A stretch of 39,085 bases of DNA from a virus (IMGVR_UViG_3300033232_000081:1-39085); one strand, 5' to 3'; shown: positions 16,530 through 25,105, numbered from the stretch's first letter. Numbers and translations are program-made. The notes: a model not told the origin generated them from the sequence alone.

Positions 16530-17999
16530 TTAATCAAACTCCATTATCATACTAGGATTTTTATCTTTCGGTTCATCTGCCAGGAACATCGCCATCGCAT
16601 TACTCCAAAAAGCATCACCGTGCCCTTCATCAGTCTCAACCGCTTTCAAATTATTATCAACCTGTAACATCACATCAATCTGACGTTGGTCGTTTATCAA
16701 GGATATGTGTTTCTGACCTATTTTTCGTTCCAGACACGATGCCATTGCCTGATTCATTTTTTTGCTAAATGTAATTGGCTCCATCCATGATGGCAATTCA
16801 CCACGTTCTGCTAATATCTCAAATTCTCCTCTCGTATTATCATACCCGACAACATCAATCATTAATTGTTCTTTCAACTTCTTGACTCTACCCAACTGAA
16901 TATTATAATCAATGCCATCCCAGAACATTTGATATCGTTGAACCGCCTTACTACCAACCATCTCGAAAACACTGAAATGACTGGGATGCCGTTTCTTGCC
17001 CAAATCCCATCCGGCAAATACATTATTATCTGTATTCAACTGTTTAACATTCTCAATCTCATTAGCCACTTCTTCCAACTGCGCCCGCTTAAAGAATGCA
17101 TCCTCACTCCGTATCGGAGAACACATATATTCCTTATTGAATCCCTTCTCCAATATTTCTTCTTGAATCTGCAACAATCGATGATATGGAAACATGTTTG
17201 GCCATACGACCGTCTTTTCTTTCCAATTCAAGATTGCCGGCTCTCTGCTCCAAAAGAAACCATCATTCGTTTTACTCTTAACCCGCCCTCTCTTCTTTAT
17301 CTGAAAGAACAAATCATTATCGTCTTGCGGAGTTCCCGCTAAATGCAGTTCACCGCCCTCCTGTGGCAAACTCATAATATCTTCAAAGAAAACTTTTGTA
17401 ATAGTATTAATAATTGTCAAATTCAACGGATTCTTCGGGTCAGCCAAAATATCATCACAAATCACAACCCGTGGATGTCGACCCCTCTTAAATCCACCTA
17501 TCCCTGCCGGAGTAACAACAAATTTAATCCGACCTAACTTATCCCAGCTGTAACTCAAATGAGTATCAGCAACGGTTAAATCATAAATATCATTGAAGAA
17601 TATATTCTTTTTTATCAACTGCTTAATATTACCTGTATGATATGACGCCATCGTTTCATTATAACTCAAATAGAGACATTCAAAACTATTATCCTGACAC
17701 CTAAATAACTTCCACATCACATAAGCATAAAAAGTAGTACTCTTCAAATGCTTCCTTGCACACAATCTCGCAGTCAATTTATTAGTCTGCAATTCATATG
17801 CCCATCTTACCATATGAGGTGCTGGCACCCAACATCCTTCAGGTGGATTCGTCCAACTCCCATCACTATTCCCGTCCCACTTTTTAAAACTCAATGGAAA
17901 CACATATTGCACAAAATATGGAAAACTATGATATGCTCTCCTTGCTGTATCTATCATCCATTCTAAATCTGTATCATCGATGATAGGTTCATCATTCAT
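16530..17999 (-). CDS. terL: Terminase large subunit
   Basis: ARKHLKST (variant Walker A), KRGRHPRVVICDD (Walker B), GTPQ motif III, GWDLG and HGDAFW RNase H-like nuclease motifs. Confidence 0.92.
   Translation of the reverse strand: MNDEPIIDDTDLEWMIDTARRAYHSFPYFVQYVFPLSFKKWDGNSDGSWTNPPEGCWVPAPHMVRWAYELQTNKLTARLCARKHLKSTTFYAYVMWKLFRCQDNSFECLYLSYNETMASYHTGNIKQLIKKNIFFNDIYDLTVADTHLSYSWDKLGRIKFVVTPAGIGGFKRGRHPRVVICDDILADPKNPLNLTIINTITKVFFEDIMSLPQEGGELHLAGTPQDDNDLFFQIKKRGRVKSKTNDGFFWSREPAILNWKEKTVVWPNMFPYHRLLQIQEEILEKGFNKEYMCSPIRSEDAFFKRAQLEEVANEIENVKQLNTDNNVFAGWDLGKKRHPSHFSVFEMVGSKAVQRYQMFWDGIDYNIQLGRVKKLKEQLMIDVVGYDNTRGEFEILAERGELPSWMEPITFSKKMNQAMASCLERKIGQKHISLINDQRQIDVMLQVDNNLKAVETDEGHGDAFWSNAMAMFLADEPKDKNPSMIMEFD
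16549..16609. repeat. Direct repeat copy 2 (within the terL 3' end)
   Basis: 59/61 bp identical to 16147-16207. Confidence 0.95.
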
Positions 18000-18001
18000 A
18001 A

Positions 18002-18352
18002 TTAACACATGCATCCTGTTGTATCGTGGGTACAAAATTGTTTCGGCTTAAGGCATCCTCGGCATAAAGAACCAACATAATCCTGCCCCTCTTCAATCTC
18101 CGCTACCTTCTCATATACCGAATCAAAAATATGCGATTTACACGGATATAAATATCCATGCTTATCCTTGATAATCCAATCATCCTTAATAGCAATCATA
18201 TCCCCGTTAAAAGTATGACAAATAAAAGTATCATTAATAAATGAATATGCATCTTGATAAATATCAAGTTCTCTCTCTATTTTCCAGGCACCATTATAAG
18301 TGCCGTCGAATTGAACAGCATCAATAATTACTGGCTTCTCTTTAAATTTCAT
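18002..18352 (-). CDS. Conserved phage protein (KPVIIDAVQF...YPCK..IF...YE, PGDYG-like family)
   Basis: Recognisable widespread phage motif; function not established. Confidence 0.7.
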   Translation of the reverse strand: MKFKEKPVIIDAVQFDGTYNGAWKIERELDIYQDAYSFINDTFICHTFNGDMIAIKDDWIIKDKHGYLYPCKSHIFDSVYEKVAEIEEGQDYVGSLCRGCLKPKQFCTHDTTGCMC

Positions 18353-18975
18353 TCTGTTTCCTCCACACTTGCTTCAGATATAATAGTTATTTCAGGATTC
18401 TCCTGGCTTATTTTCTGCAGAAGAATACCCATATTAATTTCAATTTTCCGCTCTACCGCATCAACGGTATTAATTCCATTCAGTAAATTATGCTTTAATT
18501 TTATTGCTTCCATCACATTACTAGGCGTTACCTGTTCTAGAATTAATGGTCCCTGCTGTATTATAGTATCAAGCAATAATACATCATCCATTATTCTATT
18601 TCCCGTTGTTCCGGATTCTATCAAATTTGTAGCCATTTGGGAGGTCAAACATTTGCTGCTCGGAGAGGGTGTCGCTACAACTTTTTGCATCATTGCTTGA
18701 TTAGAAACTTTTAATTTATCAGGACTTTTCATAATGTCAATTTCATCAATCGCATCAACTTCAGCACGCATCTTCTCTATCAAAACTTTATCATACACAT
18801 CGCGGGCTTCGGTTAATATCAAATGTTTTTTATGGCTATATATATTCTGAGTATTCAAATTTATATGCCTATACATATTAACAATTCTGTTAACACCAAC
18901 ACCCATCTTAATATCTCGTTCAATTGCTCGTCTCAATCCATCATCAAGACCACAAATTTTACACGGATTTACCAT
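18349..18975 (-). CDS. Putative terminase small subunit (Zn/HTH N-terminus)
   Basis: CKIC...HKKH with an HTH-like segment; upstream of terL. Confidence 0.55.
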   Translation of the reverse strand: MVNPCKICGLDDGLRRAIERDIKMGVGVNRIVNMYRHINLNTQNIYSHKKHLILTEARDVYDKVLIEKMRAEVDAIDEIDIMKSPDKLKVSNQAMMQKVVATPSPSSKCLTSQMATNLIESGTTGNRIMDDVLLLDTIIQQGPLILEQVTPSNVMEAIKLKHNLLNGINTVDAVERKIEINMGILLQKISQENPEITIISEASVEETE

Positions 18976-18981
18976 ATTTCT

Positions 18982-19046
18982 CAACTATAATCCAACTATA
19001 ATAAACTCTAATCAACTATAATAATCCAACTATAATCAACTATAAT
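18982..19046. repeat. Tandem CAACTATAAT decamers (5 exact, 1 degenerate)
   Basis: Copies at 18982, 18993, (19003), 19013, 19027 and 19037. Confidence 0.9.
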
Positions 19047-19048
19047 AA

Positions 19049-19324
19049 TTATTTAACCATAATTTTTCGCAAAAACCCAAATCTCTCACTCACATCAATC
19101 TTCCGCAAATCCTTAATCCTAATACCTGGTCGTAACTTCTTCACCAAATCGAACCAAACACCAACACCCATTTCCATCAATTTCTGTCTGCTTCCATCAT
19201 TCTCAACTAGCCCACAACTATCACAAAAAAACCAACCCTCTTCATCTTTATCCCAAACCAATCTACCCACACAGCCACCACACTCAACACATATACCAAA
19301 ATCTCGATTATTAATACGTATCAT
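19049..19324 (-). CDS. TFIIB-type zinc-ribbon protein
   Basis: CVECGG..LVWD..EG.FFCDSCGLV; likely start ATG 19324. Confidence 0.6.
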   Translation of the reverse strand: MIRINNRDFGICVECGGCVGRLVWDKDEEGWFFCDSCGLVENDGSRQKLMEMGVGVWFDLVKKLRPGIRIKDLRKIDVSERFGFLRKIMVK

Positions 19325-19541
19325 CGATGATGTGCTCAAAATTAGATATTGTATTCCCTTCAAACCAATCCTTGGATGGTCATACAGGTTTCTCGCATCC
19401 AAACCCCTTGGTGTACAAATTATTGCGTTACACTAATATATATTTTAATCATATATATAACTTTCCATTTCATGCGCAAAAATAAAGAAATTCCACCCAA
19501 TTATAAATTAATTCAACAAACTCATAAAATATGCGCCCAAA

Positions 19542-19599
19542 TTTTAATTAAACCCCCTATTTTAATTAAAATTTAATTAAAATCAGTACTTTAATTAAA
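19542..19599. repeat. 58-bp perfect direct repeat, copy 1 (four TTTAATTAAA palindromes)
   Basis: Identical to 19846-19903. Confidence 0.95.
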
Positions 19600-19845
19600 A
19601 TTTCAACACAACAATGCCTCGCCCAACGTCGATTTCATTTTTCAAATTTGCTTTATTTGCTATGAAATAAAATTTCTGGGAAAACATATAATTACATAAA
19701 TGCAATTATTAAATCTGTATGAAATACTTTATGGAGTTGCCACATTATACGTTTTCTCTTTTTTTTTAATACATAGGTAAATAAATATATATAATATATA
19801 TAATAAAAGTAAACCATGTATGGTCGACGTCACGAAAATTTCCCG

Positions 19846-19903
19846 TTTTAATTAAACCCCCTATTTTAATTAAAATTTAATTAAAATCAGTACTTTAATT
19901 AAA
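19846..19903. repeat. 58-bp perfect direct repeat, copy 2
   Basis: Identical to 19542-19599. Confidence 0.95.
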
Positions 19904-19987
19904 GGAATTCCACACAATAACACACATAACATAATAACATAATAACATATATATAATATAACAACATATATGATACGAGGTACAATT

Positions 19988-20137
19988 ATGTCAAAATCTA
20001 AAATAATATACGTTACAATCTCAATTTCAGAGGAGTTGAGACAACGACTTTTCGAACATAGAAAACTTCGCACAGATACATATGATACAATAATAACAAA
20101 ATCATTAGATGCACTAGACAAGGATATGATATATTGA
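19988..20137 (+). CDS. Small ribbon-helix-helix-like DNA-binding protein (49 aa), not in ORF track
   Basis: MSKSKIIYVTISISEELRQRLFEHRKLRTDTYDTIITKSLD; GAGGT SD; stop overlaps the next start. Confidence 0.7.
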   Translation: MSKSKIIYVTISISEELRQRLFEHRKLRTDTYDTIITKSLDALDKDMIY

Positions 20138-21495
20138 CGCAAATACTATACACACAAGAAGAATACGATGAATTAAAAGAAAAAGAAGAAATCGTAAAAG
20201 AAATATATAAACATAAAGAACCACATATGACAGTTGACGAATTCAACAATATGATGAAGAAAGTCGAAGAATATAAAGATTCAATCAGTGTGGATTCAAT
20301 CGTAACAACAACAATAACTCAAAACATTTCAACACCATCCTCGATAATACCATATATTGAACCACCATCGAAAAAGGAAACATCTGCAGAATTAGATGAG
20401 CGCGCATTAAAAATATTATCAGAAAATCCCATGGAATTTCTTTTATCCGAAATCCATAAAATTGTTCCTGGAAATCAACTAATATCAAGGATGCTCATTA
20501 TTGGCTTCATGTCAATGCATCCAAAAATAGATATCAAACTTCATCAATTAATAACGGGAGCATCCGGCAGAGGAAAATCATATGAAATACATCAATGTTC
20601 TAATATATTACATCCAATTTACAAAATACCGTTTGAACACATTTCACCAAAAGCCTTAAACCACTATTGTGAAGATGATGGTTCTGGTGGATGCACGGAA
20701 GATGGCACACCCATACCAGGAATTATAAAAAACAAATTACTCTACCTAGACGATATCGAAGAGAGCGACCTACCCATCCTAAAAATTCTTGGAAACAACG
20801 ATGGCAAAGAACCGTCAGGATTATCAGTTGCAAATCACAAACTCATAAAATATAATTGGGATGGATATCCACTAACAATCTGTTCAAAAGTATCACTCCC
20901 CGAAAACGACGAAGACGGGCAAATTCGCTCTCGCTACCTAATATATGGAATTGAAGAATCCCCCGAACACACAAAACAAATCACTGATAAAATGTCGCTT
21001 AAAAAGTCATGTTTGTCACCACCAAAAGATGATAAAATCGACCCAGTGTGCATCAGAATAACACATCATTGTCTTGCAAATACAGCAATCAACTCTATAA
21101 AATCAAGAAAACCAATACCATATCCCATTAACATTGAACCACGAAATCTAAATTTTTATCTTGCGATGTGTCAAGGATATGCTCTACTCAATCACAAAAA
21201 TAGAAAAATACATAACGGCACACTAATAATAGACCAAGCCGACATAGACTACATAAACAAACTATGGGAAGAAATCTCAGTATACAATACCGTATCATTG
21301 ACAACATTAGAAAATAGAATACTTTCAACATTAAAACCAGTTACTGCCCCTCGCTCTCGAGACCAAACAATTCCAGGAATGAAAGAACTGGGCTTCGGTT
21401 CACAACCAACAATATCCGCAGCACTCGATAAACTCGAATCGCTTCAAATAATAGCACACATCGGAAATCGACCAAAAGCATACTACCTACTATAA
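20134..21495 (+). CDS. AAA+ ATPase with C-terminal winged helix; putative replication initiator or MCM-like helicase
   Basis: GASGRGKS Walker A, LLYLDD Walker B, IRSRY arginine finger, SQPTISAALDKLESLQII wHTH. Confidence 0.7.
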   Translation: MTQILYTQEEYDELKEKEEIVKEIYKHKEPHMTVDEFNNMMKKVEEYKDSISVDSIVTTTITQNISTPSSIIPYIEPPSKKETSAELDERALKILSENPMEFLLSEIHKIVPGNQLISRMLIIGFMSMHPKIDIKLHQLITGASGRGKSYEIHQCSNILHPIYKIPFEHISPKALNHYCEDDGSGGCTEDGTPIPGIIKNKLLYLDDIEESDLPILKILGNNDGKEPSGLSVANHKLIKYNWDGYPLTICSKVSLPENDEDGQIRSRYLIYGIEESPEHTKQITDKMSLKKSCLSPPKDDKIDPVCIRITHHCLANTAINSIKSRKPIPYPINIEPRNLNFYLAMCQGYALLNHKNRKIHNGTLIIDQADIDYINKLWEEISVYNTVSLTTLENRILSTLKPVTAPRSRDQTIPGMKELGFGSQPTISAALDKLESLQIIAHIGNRPKAYYLL

Positions 21496-21623
21496 TGACA
21501 CAAAGACTCCGAAAATGTTGTCCGAAATGCAACTCTCTTAATCTCTACAGAAACAAAGAGAAAATATACAAATGTCGTATTTGCTACCACGAAACAAAAA
21601 CACCAGCAACAAAAATGCATTGA
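21495..21623 (+). CDS. 42-aa zinc-ribbon peptide, not in ORF track
   Basis: CPKC...CRIC; TAATG coupling to the upstream gene. Confidence 0.6.
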   Translation: MTQRLRKCCPKCNSLNLYRNKEKIYKCRICYHETKTPATKMH

Positions 21624-21648
21624 TATGATTGTATAAAGGTGGATGTAA

Positions 21649-22047
21649 ATGAAAAAGCACGTAATGGCAATAACATACAAACCAAAGATTATCCCAGTCT
21701 TAGATAATAGTTGTTTCCAGACTATACGCAAAGGGCGTAAAGTGTCGGTTGGTGACTCAATATTATTCCATGGTTGGATTGGAAAACCTTATCGTTCAAA
21801 ATGGTCATGGGAGAAGCGAGTAAAAGTAACAATGACGACCTCTATTATTGTGTTTGATGAAGGGATAAGTATAATAAATAAAGAAGGTGAAATTGGACCG
21901 GTCGCGCACTGGTCGGGAGACTACTGCGACAGATTGGCAAAGGAAGATTTCATCGAGCCTGCAACTGGGGAAGAACTTAAAAACGTTTTGTTTGGATTGA
22001 ATGGGAACCCATCTGCAAAAGAAGAGTATCAAATTATACGTTGGTGA
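21649..22047 (+). CDS. ASCH/PUA-like domain protein
   Basis: QTIRKGR.VSVGD, LAKEDF and C-terminal IIRW match the ASCH pattern. Confidence 0.65.
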   Translation: MKKHVMAITYKPKIIPVLDNSCFQTIRKGRKVSVGDSILFHGWIGKPYRSKWSWEKRVKVTMTTSIIVFDEGISIINKEGEIGPVAHWSGDYCDRLAKEDFIEPATGEELKNVLFGLNGNPSAKEEYQIIRW

Positions 22048-22163
22048 GTTCATGTCCATGAGACAATCAAGGTTCAACTACGGACATCTGAAGAAGTCCG
22101 CTTGCGTTGAAGTTATGGAGAGTAAAACATGAATTTAAAAATCAATATATTTGTAAAATAACA

Positions 22164-22245
22164 ATAAAAGAATAAAATAATTAAAATACCAAAAACTATT
22201 TATACTTTTAAACCATATATAGTATTGTAAGTAAGTACCTTACAA
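22164..22245 (+). promoter_or_regulatory. Archaeal BRE/TATA promoter cassette with downstream TTGTAAG-N7-CTTACAA palindrome
   Basis: CCAAAAAC-TATTTATA; 40/42 bp identical to 23067-23108. Confidence 0.7.
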
Positions 22246-22255
22246 CAAAGGAGAA

Positions 22256-23062
22256 ATGAAAGAAATGACAAAATTTACAGACAACAATAATAAAATGTAT
22301 GAAATTGAATTTATCGAAATACATGATAAATTTAATGGCATAATTCAAGGAAGTTTTGAACTTCGTGTATTAAAACCATTCCTGGCAGCATCAAAATTTG
22401 TAAGCGGAGACATCCGGAAAAAAGAAGGAATTAAAGGCATCAATTTCTACAAAAACACGGATGTTGCAATTGCAGCATGCAAATTACAAAATCGTACAAA
22501 ACAAGATGTCCTTTTTTCATTGTCTCCAAACGCAATCAAATACATCAATGATTGCACCGAGGCAGCAATACAAGAATTAAAAAAACAGGCTGAAACCAGG
22601 ACCATCAAAAACTGGGTATGGGCAATCGGTGGAGACACTGGTAAATTATATATTTCAACAGATGATATTAGTTCTATTGAGAAAAGAATGCGTCCTGTCC
22701 TCACTTCTATTGAATATTATATAGAAAATAATCAACACAGAATAGAAAATCTTGAAAAATATAGCCACAAATGCAGCAGAGATACAGCATTATATGCGCC
22801 AGATGGCTGGAATGTCATCTCAAACGATGACCTAATGACAATATATAATCAACTGAAATCAGAGGATACACTTCAAGAACAACAGAAAGAAGACACTACT
22901 AAACATATCTTCGAAATGGCAAAACAAACAGGAGAAAAACAAATTATCAGACAATGGTCTGAAGAATGCAACGACCCAAGAGAAGAATGCGACATTGATA
23001 ACATTATAGAATATGCAATGCCAGACGGCAGCACAAAAACAGAACGCTATCACTCATGGTAG
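22256..23062 (+). CDS. Hypothetical early protein (268 aa)
   Basis: ORF with AAGGAG SD behind a promoter cassette. Confidence 0.7.
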   Translation: MKEMTKFTDNNNKMYEIEFIEIHDKFNGIIQGSFELRVLKPFLAASKFVSGDIRKKEGIKGINFYKNTDVAIAACKLQNRTKQDVLFSLSPNAIKYINDCTEAAIQELKKQAETRTIKNWVWAIGGDTGKLYISTDDISSIEKRMRPVLTSIEYYIENNQHRIENLEKYSHKCSRDTALYAPDGWNVISNDDLMTIYNQLKSEDTLQEQQKEDTTKHIFEMAKQTGEKQIIRQWSEECNDPREECDIDNIIEYAMPDGSTKTERYHSW

Positions 23063-23066
23063 AAAT

Positions 23067-23114
23067 ATAAAAGAATAAAATAATTAAAATACCAAAAGTT
23101 ATTTATACCTATAA
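23067..23114 (+). promoter_or_regulatory. Archaeal BRE/TATA promoter cassette, copy 2
   Basis: CCAAAAG-TTATTTATACC; repeat of 22164-22205 and 29595-29618. Confidence 0.7.
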
Positions 23115-23160
23115 GTCCTATATATAATTGTAATATCTTAAAAAGAAGGAGAGAAAGAAA

Positions 23161-23454
23161 ATGCACGTAATGTCACAATTCACCAGAGAAGAAATAGAGG
23201 AGATGTATAGGGATGATGTAGCAACTAGAGAAAATCTTCGTGTTGCAATCACAGACCAATTACAAAACGATTCATCGAGAAATGAACTCCCATCATTGAA
23301 TGACATCCTTGATGAATGTGCAAGAAGCCACATTGAACATTATTATGATGGTGAAGATGGAGAAATCCTCGCTGTCAGATATGAATCTGGCACCATATTC
23401 TATAATATAGGATTAGATAATAGACTACACGAGGTGGATTCATCATGTCAGTAA
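23161..23454 (+). CDS. Hypothetical acidic protein (97 aa)
   Basis: ORF with AAGGAG SD behind a promoter cassette. Confidence 0.65.
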   Translation: MHVMSQFTREEIEEMYRDDVATRENLRVAITDQLQNDSSRNELPSLNDILDECARSHIEHYYDGEDGEILAVRYESGTIFYNIGLDNRLHEVDSSCQ

Positions 23455-23741
23455 TAATTGTCTCCAGACATCCGGCGGCAGTACGCTGGATACATTCAAG
23501 AGGGTACAACGGTGAGATTGTAGAACACTTCACCGGAAACGCCAATCCTGGCGACATAGTAATTGGGATATTACCCATCCCACTTATCCAACAAATATTA
23601 TCTGCCGGAGCAGAATTCATTCTCCTAAGTTTGCCCTCAATTGCATTCAGTGAGCGCGGACAGGAACTATCCATCGAAGAGATGGAAGCAGCAGGTGCTG
23701 TATTACATAGAGTTGTATCTATAGAAATGGAGCAAGTATAA
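23445..23741 (+). CDS. csx16: Csx16 (Cas_VVA1548)-like protein, putative cOA ring nuclease
   Basis: VSRHPAAVRW, EH...GDIVIGILP, RGQELSIEEM...GA match the Csx16 family pattern. Confidence 0.8.
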   Translation: MSVIIVSRHPAAVRWIHSRGYNGEIVEHFTGNANPGDIVIGILPIPLIQQILSAGAEFILLSLPSIAFSERGQELSIEEMEAAGAVLHRVVSIEMEQV

Positions 23742-23879
23742 ATGACACGAACAACCGAATTGAACACATTAATATCACAAATGTGCAGTAATATGGAAAA
23801 TTGTTCTGATTGTGAATTCAATCAGAATGAACCTAATTCTTGCAAACTCAGCAAAATTAAAAAAATATTGCAGGAATAA
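23742..23879 (+). CDS. 45-aa Cys-rich peptide, not in ORF track
   Basis: MTRTTELNTLISQMCSNMENCSDCEF...SCKL; GGAG SD. Confidence 0.5.
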   Translation: MTRTTELNTLISQMCSNMENCSDCEFNQNEPNSCKLSKIKKILQE

Positions 23880-23915
23880 ACCTTCATTATTGGAACGAAT
23901 TTATAAAAAACTTCG

Positions 23916-23978
23916 GTTGGTTAGGACAGGAATCCTGTCGAGGTCTAAATAATGTGGGTTCAACTCCCACGACCAACA
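23916..23978 (+). ncRNA. Minimal tRNA-like element (acceptor stem, T arm and one hairpin)
   Basis: GTTGGTT/GACCAAC stem plus A discriminator; GTGGG-TTCAACT-CCCAC T arm; GACAGG-AAT-CCTGTC hairpin; no 7-nt anticodon loop. Confidence 0.6.
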
Positions 23979-24181
23979 TTAACATATCACGAATCCTAAT
24001 AAGATTCTTCGCAAAATCTCATAAAATTTTCGTGATATGTTTATAATCATAGTGTGTTCAAAAATCAATTAAATGATTAAAATGGAAAATTGAAACGTAA
24101 ATTGTCAATACAACATCTACGAAACAACACAAATATAACACACTATGATTTAACAGTAATAATGAAACAGGAGAATAAACA

Positions 24182-24322
24182 ATGAAAATAAATGCAGCAT
24201 TCGTCATTCATGGCGAGTTAGAAACACTTAATGAAATAGAAAACTTCATAAATAATACAGACGCACAAATAATCTATCAGACAACAAGTGCAGGAAAACT
24301 TTTCATAGAGGAACAACAATGA
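24182..24322 (+). CDS. 46-aa hypothetical protein, not in ORF track
   Basis: AGGAG SD; ATGA overlap with the next gene. Confidence 0.55.
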   Translation: MKINAAFVIHGELETLNEIENFINNTDAQIIYQTTSAGKLFIEEQQ

Positions 24323-24837
24323 TGCAAAAGAATAAAGAAATAGCAGATGCATATGACGAGCACATAGAACATGAAGGTATCGAAGAGATGGAATCCTTCA
24401 TGGTTGCCCGAGAAAACCAACACACCAAGGATAGGATACTCAAAGAAAATCGCCAATCAGAAGATACTAATCTTCTTTTGGAAGAAGCAATAGATGCTTT
24501 ACCTATCCTCGATGCAGAAATCAAAATTCTTCAAGCCAAACAAAAACAATACAAAAGTTTAATCCTATCCTCGATAGAACCATCTGAAACCCACGATGGC
24601 AAAACCACTCAAGTATTTATCAAACCTGGTGCTCTTCGATTCTCTCATTATTCAGACACCAAAACAATCCTTTCAACAATAGTAGAATCTGATGTAGCAG
24701 TATTAGATTGCATAACCTTCAACCGTACAATAATCAACCAGCATATCAAGGATGGTAGATTGCCTTCAACAATTTCCCTTCTAGAAGTAAAGAATCAAAT
24801 CTCACCGACCCTTGTCTTCTCCCCATTACAGGAGTAA
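24319..24837 (+). CDS. Hypothetical protein with coiled coil (172 aa)
   Basis: ORF in the early operon. Confidence 0.65.
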   Translation: MMQKNKEIADAYDEHIEHEGIEEMESFMVARENQHTKDRILKENRQSEDTNLLLEEAIDALPILDAEIKILQAKQKQYKSLILSSIEPSETHDGKTTQVFIKPGALRFSHYSDTKTILSTIVESDVAVLDCITFNRTIINQHIKDGRLPSTISLLEVKNQISPTLVFSPLQE

Positions 24838-24859
24838 TCAAACTAAGAAAACTTAAATG

Positions 24860-24875
24860 CCAAAAGGTATATAAA
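24860..24875 (+). promoter_or_regulatory. BRE/TATA-like promoter of the replication operon
   Basis: CCAAAAGG-TATATAAA about 50 bp upstream of ATG 24926. Confidence 0.55.
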
Positions 24876-24925
24876 ACATTAAAACAATATAAATATTGAA
24901 AGCAATCGCTTTCAGGAGTAAAAAT

Positions 24926-25105
24926 ATGACAGAAAACAACATTCTAACCGAAGAACTTATTGTGGAATCTCTCGGATACTTGAAAGTACCGAAACGATTT
25001 AAAGACAAATATCCAGACTGGAAAGACAAAAGTCCATTGGCAACAATGATAGAAACACCAGACAGCATAAAATTAACATATATCTTTTCGAAAGAGGCAG
25101 AATAA
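24926..25105 (+). CDS. Small protein, possibly an AbrB/SpoVT-like regulator
   Basis: VESLGYLKVPKRFK resembles the AbrB G.l.iPk motif; AGGAG SD. Confidence 0.45.
   Translation: MTENNILTEELIVESLGYLKVPKRFKDKYPDWKDKSPLATMIETPDSIKLTYIFSKEAE

Noticed and set aside
3521-17966. Numerous plus-strand ORFs over the structural arm (and minus-strand ORFs over the replication arm)
   Set aside because: Antisense to well-supported genes, with no SD or recognisable motifs
18982-19046. Possible CRISPR mini-array
   Set aside because: Repeats are 10 bp with 0-4 bp gaps and no spacers
19910-19972. ACATAAT/ACATAAC short repeats
   Set aside because: Low-complexity AT/AC-rich sequence, not separable from the adjacent control region
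22073-22111. Stem-loop TTCAAC/CGGAC...GTCCG/GTTGAA after the ASCH gene as a SECIS or riboswitch
   Set aside because: No sign of a selenoprotein reading frame and only short stems; may be a terminator or stability hairpin but is unsupported
23916-23978. Canonical tRNA gene
   Set aside because: Too short, with no D-loop GG in the proper context and no 7-nt anticodon loop; kept only as tRNA-like
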